Source of the DNA: Christensenellales bacterium
GTDB lineage: Bacteria; Bacillota; Clostridia; Christensenellales; DTU072
DNA length: 64,000 nucleotides
NCBI GenBank assembly: GCA_050945855.1
Contig: JBMNTS010000001.1
Coordinates: 21,587 to 85,586 of the forward strand
Reading direction: 5' to 3'
Shown one piece after another: positions 37,622 through 46,584 of this stretch; the first letter of the stretch is position 1; the number at the start of each line of letters is the position of its first letter. The translations under genes were made by a program, and so were the position numbers. Under the pieces are notes generated by a model that worked only from the letters and a program-made list of their open reading frames with translations, was not told the origin of the DNA and made no database searches.

Positions 37622-38811
37622 CTCTTCTCCTTTGCAAGCATGCCTTGCGCGTCAATAAAGATTATTTCCGAAATGCCTTTTGAGTCCGCATATTCCCTTA
37701 GCGCGGCAATATCCGCCGTATAGGAATAGTCCACTATGTTTCCCGCCTCCGTCAACTGCTTGCAAACTTTCCTGTAAGCCGTATAAGCGGAGGGGGTGTT
37801 TTGCATGCCTATCGCGATTATGTTCTTATTATTATCCGCATTGCCGATAGACCCCTCTCTTGAAAGGGCGATGCACAGATTGTCAATGCCTATAGCAAAG
37901 CCGGTGGCGGGTATGTCTTTGTCAAAGGAGCGGGTAAGCGTATCGTATCTGCCGCCGCTGAGTATGGGAGTGCCCAAAAAACGGGTTATGCCCTTGAATA
38001 CAATACCGGTATAATATGTATACGTGTTGACAATGCCTAAATCAAAAGAAATATATTGCCCATACCCCATAGCCTGCAAAATCTTATAAACCTGTCTTAG
38101 ATTGGCTAACGCCTGCAGGCTTTTTTCATTTGTCAGAATACTTTCGGCGCAATCCAGCATTTGCGAATCGCCGAACATATTGGTCAAATCATTGATAAGC
38201 GAACGGGTTTGAGCGTCCAATAAGGAAAAAACGTTTTTGTCTATGAAATTCTTTTTATCAATAAAAGAAAAAACTTTTGCCTTTTGCGCTTCGCCAAGCG
38301 GAGTGCTGTCCAGAACCCCCTTTAATATGCCCACCTCTCCGATGTCAATCTGAAAATTGCGCAAGCCGGAAGCGGTCAGCGCGTCAATCGCCAAAGCTAT
38401 CACCTCCGCGTCCGCAAAGGGCGCGCTTATGCCGAAAAGCTCCACTCCCGCCTGGGTAAATTCTCTGAGGCGGTTGCGTTCTGCCTTTAATTTGTAAGAA
38501 TTGGCAAGATAACACAATCTCAAGGGAAAATCCGCGGGCAATTTGGTGGAAACTATTCTGCTTAACGGGGTGGTCATATCGCTTCTTAATACCAGCAGAC
38601 TGCCGTCCGTATCGCTTAACTTAAAAAGCTGATCCAGCGGCTCCACGCCTTCGCCTTCGGTAAAGACCTCATGATGTTCAATCAGCGGCGTCAGCACGGC
38701 GTCATATCCAAAGCCGGCAAACATGTTCATAATCCGCTCCTGAACAAAAATCTTTTCCTTTAACTGTTTAGGCAAAAAATCCTGCGTGCCCTGCACCAAT
38801 TTGTATTTCAC
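37618..38811 (-). CDS. hisZ: ATP phosphoribosyltransferase regulatory subunit
   Basis: HisRS-like (LRSDMT, REFTQAGVEL, YYTGIVF, GGRYD, ATGF) upstream of short hisG; GTG start. Confidence 0.92.
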   Translation of the reverse strand: MKYKLVQGTQDFLPKQLKEKIFVQERIMNMFAGFGYDAVLTPLIEHHEVFTEGEGVEPLDQLFKLSDTDGSLLVLRSDMTTPLSRIVSTKLPADFPLRLCYLANSYKLKAERNRLREFTQAGVELFGISAPFADAEVIALAIDALTASGLRNFQIDIGEVGILKGVLDSTPLGEAQKAKVFSFIDKKNFIDKNVFSLLDAQTRSLINDLTNMFGDSQMLDCAESILTNEKSLQALANLRQVYKILQAMGYGQYISFDLGIVNTYTYYTGIVFKGITRFLGTPILSGGRYDTLTRSFDKDIPATGFAIGIDNLCIALSREGSIGNADNNKNIIAIGMQNTPSAYTAYRKVCKQLTEAGNIVDYSYTADIAALREYADSKGISEIIFIDAQGMLAKEKR

Positions 38812-38891
38812 TCTTATTCTCCCGTCTTTAATTGCTTATCAAAACCGCTATTTGTTTAGGACAAAGCGCCGCCTTGCCCATTCGGGCTGCT

Positions 38892-40514
38892 CTACTCTAT
38901 GGAAATGATATAGGAATAATGCTGCTGTCCGCCGTGGCATATATCTATATCAATATCGGGATAACTCACTCTTAAGGCGTCGCGCAATGCTTCGGCTGCG
39001 CCCTTTTCCACTTCTTCGCCGAAGTATAAGGTGACCGTGCTTACCGAGTCGTCAATCTGGGTAGTAAATACCTCTTTGACCACTTCCTCATTGGAGGACC
39101 CTTTGGCGATTATTTCATGCTCCACGGCGATAATATCCCCTATCTTTAATTGAAAACCGTCTATTTCCGCATCCCTTATCGCATGGGTGATTTGTATGCA
39201 TTTGACTTGCCCCGCCGCGCTTTGCATATTGATAGTGTTTTGGTCCTCGCTGGCGTTTTCATCAAAAGCAATAGCCGCGGCTACGCCTTCCGCGATATTC
39301 TCTGTAGCTATAACTACCAATTTGTTGTGAGCAAGCTCTCTTGCCTGTTCCGCAGCCAATATAATATTCTTGTTGTTGGGCAGCACGAAAACCGTTTTGG
39401 CGTTGACGGAGTCCACGGCGCTTACTATATCGGCGACGCTGGGATTCATTGTCTGCCCCCCTTCAATAACCACGTCCACGTTAAGTTCGCCAAACACTTC
39501 TTTTATGCCCTGTCCGGAGCTTACCGCTATCATACCGAATTTTTTGGCTTCTACCTGACTCCTGTTCCTTAACAGTTCCCTGTGCTGTTCATGCATGTTT
39601 TCTATCTTAAGCTTATCCAGCTCCCCCAGCTTCAGCGCGTATTCCAAAGCTTTGTTGGGCTCATTGGTATGCACGTGCACTTTTACAAGCTGAAGGTCGC
39701 CCACGACAATTACGCTGTCGCCGATTTTGCATAAATCCAGGCGCAGCCTTTCTATGTCCGCGGTAGTTGTGGTGGCGTGCAGGTTAATAATAAAATATTC
39801 GGTACAGTAGCCGAACTGGATATTGTCAAGGTCGTGAATATCCGCGACCAGTTGCGTCTGAGGCGAAGGCTGTTCTTCCACAGTTTCCGCAGGCTTCATT
39901 TCTATGCCCGCGAGCACGTTGTACATACCCTGGAAAATGATAAGCAATCCTTTTCCGCCCGCGTCCACAACGCCCGCTTTTTTTAACACAGGCAGCATTT
40001 CCGGCGTTTTTTCCAGCGTTTCTTCCCCTTTTTTCAGTACAGCCTCAAAAAATTCAATGAGGGACAGCTTTTTTGCGGACAGCTTGCCGGCAAACTCGCC
40101 CATAATCCTTATTATGGTAAGGATGGTGCCTTCCTTGGGTATGGAAACGGCGTCGTAAGCGGATATCGCGCCCGCGTTAAACGCTTCCGCCAAAGCCTTG
40201 ACATTAAAAACGCGCTGTTTGGTAAACACGCTTGCGAAACCCTTGAAAATCTGGGATAAGATTACTCCGCTGTTGCCTCTGGCGCCTTTAAGCGCGCCCT
40301 TGCTCAAAGCCTGCATTACCGATGAGATATCTTTTTCCTGCAAGGCGTCTATCTCTTTAATGGAGCTTGCCAAAGTCAAGCTCATATTGGTGCCGGTATC
40401 GCCGTCGGGCACGGGAAACACGTTAAGGTTATTGATAAGCTCTTTGTTTAACTCCAGATTGAGCTTACCGCCTTTTAACATATCTATTAACAAAAAATTG
40501 TCTATATTATTCAA
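38892..40514 (-). CDS. fakA: DAK2-domain fatty acid kinase catalytic subunit
   Basis: INNLNVFPVPDGDTGTNM, GARGNSGVILSQ, VVDAGG, KVHVHT, GGQTMNPS, LPNNKNI. Confidence 0.93.
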   Translation of the reverse strand: MNNIDNFLLIDMLKGGKLNLELNKELINNLNVFPVPDGDTGTNMSLTLASSIKEIDALQEKDISSVMQALSKGALKGARGNSGVILSQIFKGFASVFTKQRVFNVKALAEAFNAGAISAYDAVSIPKEGTILTIIRIMGEFAGKLSAKKLSLIEFFEAVLKKGEETLEKTPEMLPVLKKAGVVDAGGKGLLIIFQGMYNVLAGIEMKPAETVEEQPSPQTQLVADIHDLDNIQFGYCTEYFIINLHATTTTADIERLRLDLCKIGDSVIVVGDLQLVKVHVHTNEPNKALEYALKLGELDKLKIENMHEQHRELLRNRSQVEAKKFGMIAVSSGQGIKEVFGELNVDVVIEGGQTMNPSVADIVSAVDSVNAKTVFVLPNNKNIILAAEQARELAHNKLVVIATENIAEGVAAAIAFDENASEDQNTINMQSAAGQVKCIQITHAIRDAEIDGFQLKIGDIIAVEHEIIAKGSSNEEVVKEVFTTQIDDSVSTVTLYFGEEVEKGAAEALRDALRVSYPDIDIDICHGGQQHYSYIISIE

Positions 40515-40541
40515 TTTATCCTCACAAAAGCCTGCTTTCCT

Positions 40542-40892
40542 TTACAGACGCGAGCCCACCACATGCACATTAACGGCCTTAACTATAAGGCCGCTGAATG
40601 TTTCTACATGATAAATTACCGTCTTTGTCAGGGAATTGATTACCGCTTCCTTATTGACTCCGGCATTGAGAATCACATATAAATCAATATAAATTCTGCT
40701 TTGAGTGGTGACTAACTTCACGCCTTTTTGCAACGGCTCTTTTTTAAACAGCAAAAGCAGGCTGTCACTTAATCTTCTGCTCACCAGGTCGGCAACTCCG
40801 TAGCATTCCTTAGCGACTTTGTTGACTATTATGGCAATAGCGTCATCGCTTATGGTAATATTTCCATATTTGTTGGAAGTGCAAAGAGACAT
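40542..40892 (-). CDS. Asp23/Gls24 family protein (YloU-like)
   Basis: YGNITIS, ECYGV, KGVK, VNVHV; rpmB-divergent position next to fakA. Confidence 0.9.
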   Translation of the reverse strand: MSLCTSNKYGNITISDDAIAIIVNKVAKECYGVADLVSRRLSDSLLLLFKKEPLQKGVKLVTTQSRIYIDLYVILNAGVNKEAVINSLTKTVIYHVETFSGLIVKAVNVHVVGSRL

Positions 40893-41035
40893 CGCTTTCT
40901 CCTGATACTTAATGTATATTATGATATATTAATTTGATTATTATTGCAAGTAATTTATTAAATCGAGCAACAAACTGTTGCATAAATCCATAAAACCCTG
41001 TATAATAAGACGGTCTTAATTAGGAGGTAACAAAA

Positions 41036-41227
41036 ATGTCAAGAGTTTGCAGCATTTGTGGAAAAGGCAGAATGAGCGGCAATCTGGTAAGTCACAGCCA
41101 CAGGCTCACAAGGACAAGCTGGGGAGCAAATGTACAAAAAGTTAAAACTGTGGACGAGAGGGGAAAGACGGTCAACGCGTACGTATGCACACGTTGTTTA
41201 AGGACGCAGAAAAAGACAAACGCTTAA
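41036..41227 (+). CDS. rpmB: 50S ribosomal protein L28
   Basis: MSRVCSICGK..GN.VSHS, ANVQKV, VCTRCLR; promoter TTGCAT-17-TATAAT and AGGAGG RBS. Confidence 0.96.
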   Translation: MSRVCSICGKGRMSGNLVSHSHRLTRTSWGANVQKVKTVDERGKTVNAYVCTRCLRTQKKTNA

Positions 41228-41250
41228 ATACAATTCAAGTAATCAACAGC

Positions 41251-41278
41251 AAAAAGCCGCTTGGATTAGCGGCTTTTT
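41251..41278. terminator. Bidirectional intrinsic terminator between rpmB and spoVM
   Basis: AAAAAGCCGCT-TGGATT-AGCGGCTTTTT. Confidence 0.85.
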
Positions 41279-41280
41279 CT

Positions 41281-41352
41281 TTATGTTCTTTTTTTAAATA
41301 ACCTGAATATGTATGAGAAAACTTTAGGACACTTAACGCAAACTATTTTCAT
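41281..41352 (-). CDS. spoVM: Stage V sporulation protein M (23 aa)
   Basis: Manual translation MKIVCVKCPKVFSYIFRLFKKRT with Pro at position 9 and an amphipathic pattern; GGGAGGGG RBS; canonical position between rpe and rpmB; CATATATT sporulation-type -10 at 41381-41388. Confidence 0.85.
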   Translation of the reverse strand: MKIVCVKCPKVFSYIFRLFKKRT

Positions 41353-41406
41353 AACCCCTCCCAACGCAAATATCTATATCAATATATGGCGAAAGGCGGG
41401 GGAGTG

Positions 41407-42063
41407 TTAAAACCTTTTCAGATTTTTAATGGTAAGGGCGGGGTCCTGCGACTTAAAAACGGCGCTGCCGGCAACCAGAATATCTATGCCCGCCTGAATC
41501 AACTTCGCGCTGTTATTTTCATTTACGCCGCCGTCTACCTCCAGCGGTATATCGTGTCCTTTTTGCGACAAATACTCTTTAATTATCTTTATTTTGGCGT
41601 ACGTTTCCTCTATAAATTTTTGCCCGCCGAATCCGGCATAAACGGACATAATCAATATAATATCACAATAGGGCGTCAGATGCGCCCAATCCTCGAAAGC
41701 GATATTGGGATTAAGCACTATGCCCGCTTTTACGCCGCGCTCCCTTATCCTTTTAAGCGCGCTCTCGGGGTCATTGCTTGCCTCCGGATGAAAGGTGAGT
41801 ATATCCGCGCCGGAATCGATAAAAGCGTCAATGTACTTCTCGGGTTTGTCTATCATAAGGTGCACGTCAAGAGGCAGACGGGTGATTTTTTTGATAGCGG
41901 CCACCATCGGCATACCGAAGGTAATATTGGGTACAAAGCATCCGTCCATTACGTCGCAATGCACCAGATCGGCGCCCCATTTTTCCAGATTTTCTACATC
42001 TCTCTGCATATTTACAAAATCCGCGGATAAGATAGACGGTGAAACCAAAACTTTTTTATCCAT
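41407..42063 (-). CDS. rpe: Ribulose-phosphate 3-epimerase
   Basis: SPSILSADF, HCDVMDG.FVPNITFG, DVHLM, GFGGQKF, EVDGG, VAGS. Confidence 0.97.
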   Translation of the reverse strand: MDKKVLVSPSILSADFVNMQRDVENLEKWGADLVHCDVMDGCFVPNITFGMPMVAAIKKITRLPLDVHLMIDKPEKYIDAFIDSGADILTFHPEASNDPESALKRIRERGVKAGIVLNPNIAFEDWAHLTPYCDIILIMSVYAGFGGQKFIEETYAKIKIIKEYLSQKGHDIPLEVDGGVNENNSAKLIQAGIDILVAGSAVFKSQDPALTIKNLKRF

Positions 42064-42922
42064 ATTTCTTCCTCTCCTTTTCTCTAAGCTCTTCCAAAAT
42101 TACCAGATAACGGCGATAACGCCCGGGCGCAAGAGCGCCCTTTTTGACCTCTTCCATAACGGCGCAACCCGGCTCCACGCTGTGAGTGCAGGCGGGGTAG
42201 CGGCATCCCCGGGCTACGGCAATATATTCGTCATAATAGAGCCGCAATTCGTCGGGTTTGCACTCTACGGCGTCCAGCATGGAAAAGCCGCAGGTATCCG
42301 CCAGCAGACCTTTCCCTACCTTGAAAATCTCTATATGCCTGGTGACGTTGCGCCCCCTTTTGATTTTAGGGCTTAGAGCGCCCGTTTTTACCCTCTCTTC
42401 ATTTAACAAGGCGTTTAACAGTGAGCTTTTTCCCGCGGCGCTTTGTCCTAACAGGCAAGAAAGACCCCCGCCAATCTCCGCAACAAGGTCGGCTATGCCT
42501 TCTTTGGTCAGCGCGCTTACCTTCATTGTTTTGACAAGATTGTTATATTCGGCAATTATCTCCTCAAGGCTGTTCCCGCTCCGCAAATCCGCTTTATTAT
42601 AACATAAAATCGGCTCTATGCCTTGGGAAAAACAATGAATAAGCATTTTATCCACCAAAAGCATATCCGGCTCGGGCTCGGGAGCGATTACGATAAACGC
42701 CTTATCAAGATTGGCAACATTAGGTCTTATCAGATAGTTTTTACGCTTCAGCACTTTGGAAATAATCCCGCGATTGCCTCCCATCACGCTGAATTCCACA
42801 TTATCGCCCGCAACAATGTCCCCCTGAAGGCGCAATAAGCCTCTGGGGGCGCAAATATAATCTTTGCCCTCCGCGTTGACGGTATATCTGTTGGAGATAA
42901 TCCTTACAACCTGACCTTTAAT
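42056..42922 (-). CDS. rsgA: Ribosome small subunit-dependent GTPase A, probable ATT start
   Basis: Circularly permuted GTPase (NKADL, GQSAAGKSSL, DTCG) plus Zn finger CRYPACTH..EPGC. The frame extends 29 codons upstream of the ORF-track start to ATT at 42922 (IKGQVVRIISNRYTV...), restoring the OB fold. Confidence 0.92.
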   Translation of the reverse strand: MKGQVVRIISNRYTVNAEGKDYICAPRGLLRLQGDIVAGDNVEFSVMGGNRGIISKVLKRKNYLIRPNVANLDKAFIVIAPEPEPDMLLVDKMLIHCFSQGIEPILCYNKADLRSGNSLEEIIAEYNNLVKTMKVSALTKEGIADLVAEIGGGLSCLLGQSAAGKSSLLNALLNEERVKTGALSPKIKRGRNVTRHIEIFKVGKGLLADTCGFSMLDAVECKPDELRLYYDEYIAVARGCRYPACTHSVEPGCAVMEEVKKGALAPGRYRRYLVILEELREKERKKYG

Positions 42923-43964
42923 TGCCTTGCTCCTCCATATAGCTTCTTCTCAATTGTCCGCAAGCGGCTTGAATGTCGCCGCCGGCGGAAACGCGCAGAG
43001 TATAGTTTATCCCTCTTCTGGCAAGCTCCGCCATAAAAGCGGAGGCGCTTTGCCTTGATGCGGACTTCATCTTGTTTTCCTTAAATTCGTTTAAGGCTAT
43101 TAAATTGATATGATAGTCTTTGCCGCGGATAAGGTCGGAAAGGGCTTCCGCGTCCTCGTATCCCGTGTTTTCCCCTTCTATCAGCGCGTATTCCAGACTT
43201 ACCCTGCGCCCGGTGCGGGCAAAATAATAGTCCGCAGCCTGTATAATCTCCTTTATGCCGTATTTCTTGTTGATTGGCATAATTTCGGAGCGTTTTTCGT
43301 CTATGGCGTTGTGTAAAGAAATGGCAAGTGTGATATTCAAGCCTTCATCGGCAAGCCGTCTTATTTGCTCGGGCAGACCCGAAGTGGACAGCGTAATATT
43401 CCTCTGACTGATATTCAAGCCGTTTTTATCGTTGATAAGGCGCAAAAACTTTATGACGTTATCATAATTGTCCAGCGGCTCTCCGCTGCCCATAAGCACA
43501 ATATTATCCAGCGCGCGCATACTTCTGCCGCCGCCTTCCTTCGCGTTGGCGCAATAAACCTGCGCCGCCATTTCCCCCGCGGTAAGGTTGCGGACAAATC
43601 CGTCCAGTCCGCTCGCGCAAAAGGAACAATGCATTTTGCATCCTACCTGAGTGGATACGCATAAGGTGTTGCCGTAGCCTTGTCGGATAAATACTCCCTC
43701 TATGATATGCGCGTCGTTTAATCTGAAAAGATATTTGGAGGAATTGTCTTTACTGACCAGCGTTTTTATTATTTCTACCGCGCTAAAGGAATAATCCTGC
43801 GCCAATTCCTGTTTGAGCGCTGCCGGAAGAGTGGAGATTTCCTCCGCTGATTTATTGAGCACAAGCGCTTGAAAAAGCTGCGCCGCTCTGTACTTGGGGC
43901 ACCCTTTCGCTGTGATTATCTCTTCAAGTTCGGACAAATATTTGCCTTGTAAATGCTCTTTCAT
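42918..43964 (-). CDS. rlmN: 23S rRNA m2A2503 radical SAM methyltransferase
   Basis: CVSTQVGCKMHCSFCAS, MGSGEP, LAISLH, IQAACGQL; likely start 43964 (ATGA overlap). Confidence 0.95.
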   Translation of the reverse strand: MKEHLQGKYLSELEEIITAKGCPKYRAAQLFQALVLNKSAEEISTLPAALKQELAQDYSFSAVEIIKTLVSKDNSSKYLFRLNDAHIIEGVFIRQGYGNTLCVSTQVGCKMHCSFCASGLDGFVRNLTAGEMAAQVYCANAKEGGGRSMRALDNIVLMGSGEPLDNYDNVIKFLRLINDKNGLNISQRNITLSTSGLPEQIRRLADEGLNITLAISLHNAIDEKRSEIMPINKKYGIKEIIQAADYYFARTGRRVSLEYALIEGENTGYEDAEALSDLIRGKDYHINLIALNEFKENKMKSASRQSASAFMAELARRGINYTLRVSAGGDIQAACGQLRRSYMEEQGN

Positions 43965-45199
43965 AACTTTTTCATACTGCAAATGAAAAAACCGTCCAGT
44001 TTATTGTCGGGCAGAAATTGCAGCATTCCCTGATTATTATAAGGCAGATTGTCTATTTTTTTCAATACGAAATCCTGATTTTCGGTAAGAAAAGCCTCAA
44101 TTACTTCCTCATTTTCCGCCTTAAGCACGCTGCAGGTGGAATAGACCAGCGTGCCCTCCCTTTTAAGGTAGCGCGCGGCATTTTCCAGCAGCTTTTTTTG
44201 GATTTCTGTCAATTGGGCTATATCCTCGCTCTTGCGGTTGAATATGATATCCTGACGTTTGGAAATAACGCCCGTTCCGCTGCAGGGGGCGTCCACCAGC
44301 ACGCAATCGAAAGCGTCCGCAAAATCTTTATTATATTCCGCGCCGTCCCGCAACATCGCCACAAGGCTTACTTCCGCCTTTTTGGCGTAGTCCTCGATAA
44401 GTTTTATTTTATGTGCGTAAATGTCACAGGAGGTGACAATGCCTCCCCTTTGGGCTAAATACACGCTTTTTCCGCCGGGCGCGGCGCACATATCCAGACA
44501 ACGCTTGCCTTGCACCTCTCCCATTGCCAGCACCGCGTATCCCGATGTCAAAGACTGCGCGAAAGCCAGTCCCTTTTTAAGATATTCTCTTATGCTCTCG
44601 TCCGCTTTTACAAAATATCCGCATAGCGTACGCTCAGCCGTCGGATGCTCATTTTCAAAGGCGGCAACCGCATTCGGGTCGGCAAAATTTTTCAGCCGCA
44701 AATGGAAAGTCCCGTCGCTACGGGCAGACAGTATTCTTTTGTACGCTTTGAGATAATCTTTTTTTAACAGAGAAATCAGCCACAGGGGAGCGTTCAATTC
44801 GATTTGCTCCGACTGCTTTTTGTCTTTGGGCAAAGGTATTTCTTCCTGCGCGGAATTAAGACAATAGCCGATAAAGCCCGCTACTTCCCCTTTTCCCTTC
44901 TCCTTTGCGGTGTTCAGAGCAAGATTGATTACGGCGGAAGCGTTCATTTTAAGCAACTTAATGCAATAAATGCTTTGCATAAGCAGCACGCGCACCGCCT
45001 GCTGCGGATTTTTGGGCGCAAGTTTGGAGATGTAATAATTCAATAAATAGTGATTTTCCAGTACGCCGTTGACGATTTTTAATATTGTGTTTTTTTGCGG
45101 ATGGGAGTGAATATTTTGCGTCGCGATATTGCTGAACACCTTATCCCGGTAAACTTTTAACAGTGTATTGTAAGACAACGCGAAGTAATCTTCATTCAT
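43961..45199 (-). CDS. rsmB: 16S rRNA m5C967 methyltransferase
   Basis: LDMCAAPGGKS, VDAPCSGTG, LVYSTCS, DGFF; NusB-like N-terminus; fmt-adjacent. Confidence 0.9.
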   Translation of the reverse strand: MNEDYFALSYNTLLKVYRDKVFSNIATQNIHSHPQKNTILKIVNGVLENHYLLNYYISKLAPKNPQQAVRVLLMQSIYCIKLLKMNASAVINLALNTAKEKGKGEVAGFIGYCLNSAQEEIPLPKDKKQSEQIELNAPLWLISLLKKDYLKAYKRILSARSDGTFHLRLKNFADPNAVAAFENEHPTAERTLCGYFVKADESIREYLKKGLAFAQSLTSGYAVLAMGEVQGKRCLDMCAAPGGKSVYLAQRGGIVTSCDIYAHKIKLIEDYAKKAEVSLVAMLRDGAEYNKDFADAFDCVLVDAPCSGTGVISKRQDIIFNRKSEDIAQLTEIQKKLLENAARYLKREGTLVYSTCSVLKAENEEVIEAFLTENQDFVLKKIDNLPYNNQGMLQFLPDNKLDGFFICSMKKL

Positions 45200-46130
45200 C
45201 GGCTATATTTTCCCCGATAACAAGCGCGCTGCCTCTGCCCCTCAAAAAATCGGCGGCGGACATGGCTTTGCCGCCTTCGGGCTGCACTTTCAACAATTTG
45301 AGCGCGCCTTCTCCGCATTTGATTATCAGCCCCTCTTTGGGGTTTTTACCCATTACGCTGCCCGGCAACGCCGCGCCGCTATCCTTAATTGCTCTGCAAT
45401 CCAGCACTTTCAGCCTGCCGATTTTTGTCATTATATAAGCGGAAGGGGAGGGAGTAAACGCCCTGACCTTGTTTTTTAAAACTTCGGCGGACTGCTTAAA
45501 GTCCAGCTTGCCCTCTTCCTTTTTAATCTGTCTGCAGTAAGTGGCTTTTGAGTCATCCTGCGGGGTGTATTGCGCCTTGCCTTCCTCTATCAAATCCAGC
45601 GCCCGTACCGCCAGTTCTCCGCCGATATTGGCAAGTTTATCAAGACACTCCCCCGCGTTTTCCTCACCCGACAGCGTTAAGGCTTGCTGAAGAATTATTT
45701 CGCCCGCGTCCAAAGCAAGCCGGGTATTCATTATAGTGACGCCTATTTCCTTTTCTCCGTTAAGCAGCGCGCTTTGCACGGGAGAAGCGCCTCTGTATTT
45801 GGGCAAAAGAGAGCCGTGCACGTTGATTACGCCGTACTTTGGCAGGGCTATAAGCTCCTCGCTCAGCAGTTGCCCGAAGCCCGCGGTAACCATAATGTCC
45901 GGAGATAAGGGGGCTATCTTATCAATATTGCCGCTTACTCTCTCGTATTGGGCAAGCGGAATTCCCTCCTCCAGCGCTTTGACTTTAAGAGGCGAAAAAA
46001 CCGTTTTGTTGCCGCGCGCGTTTGCCTTATCCGGTTGCGTTATTGCCAAAATAACCTTATGGCGGCCGGCAAGTATTGCCTGCAGCACGGGTACCGCAAA
46101 TTGAGGAGTGCCTAGGAATATTACTCTCAT
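45192..46130 (-). CDS. fmt: Methionyl-tRNA formyltransferase
   Basis: FLGTPQFA, TQPD, INVHGSLLPKYRGASP, LDAG, VQPEGGKAM. Confidence 0.96.
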   Translation of the reverse strand: MRVIFLGTPQFAVPVLQAILAGRHKVILAITQPDKANARGNKTVFSPLKVKALEEGIPLAQYERVSGNIDKIAPLSPDIMVTAGFGQLLSEELIALPKYGVINVHGSLLPKYRGASPVQSALLNGEKEIGVTIMNTRLALDAGEIILQQALTLSGEENAGECLDKLANIGGELAVRALDLIEEGKAQYTPQDDSKATYCRQIKKEEGKLDFKQSAEVLKNKVRAFTPSPSAYIMTKIGRLKVLDCRAIKDSGAALPGSVMGKNPKEGLIIKCGEGALKLLKVQPEGGKAMSAADFLRGRGSALVIGENIADE

Positions 46131-46582
46131 TTACCGTTTCCTTGATACTTTTTTGTGTAAAAGAGAACGCCGTCCAGATGGTCCAACTCGTGCTGGCACG
46201 CTCTCGCGGCAAGGTCGGAAAGCTTTTTGGCGTACTTATTGCCGTGTCTGTCGTAAGCCTCCACCACCACGTCCTTTGCCCTTGCCACAAGGCAATTCTT
46301 ATCCGGATTGACGGACAGGCATCCTTCCATGGCTATCTGTTCGCCGCTTCTCTCCACGATAACGGGATTGACCATTTCTAAATAAACGCCGTCGGCTTCA
46401 ATCACCGCAACCCTGCGGAGTATACCCACCTGAGGCGCCGCAAGGCCCGCGCCTTCCGCCGCCCTCATAGTGTCTCTTAGGTCGTCCAAAAGCGTATGCA
46501 ATCTGTGGTCGAATTTATCCACGCTCTTACATTTCTTTTTTAAGCATTCGTTACCTTCCTGAAAAATGTTTCTTATCGCCAT
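46127..46582 (-). CDS. def: Peptide deformylase
   Basis: GAGLAAPQ, EGCLS, QHELDHLDG. Confidence 0.97.
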   Translation of the reverse strand: MAIRNIFQEGNECLKKKCKSVDKFDHRLHTLLDDLRDTMRAAEGAGLAAPQVGILRRVAVIEADGVYLEMVNPVIVERSGEQIAMEGCLSVNPDKNCLVARAKDVVVEAYDRHGNKYAKKLSDLAARACQHELDHLDGVLFYTKKYQGNGK

Positions 46583-46584
46583 AA

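Noticed and set aside
38812..38891. T-box or attenuator upstream of hisZ
   Set aside because: Only 80 nt, no T-box consensus or His-codon leader peptide; just a 4-bp stem.
41386..42376. 214-aa and 193-aa plus-strand ORFs
   Set aside because: Antisense to rpe/rsgA; no protein-like features.
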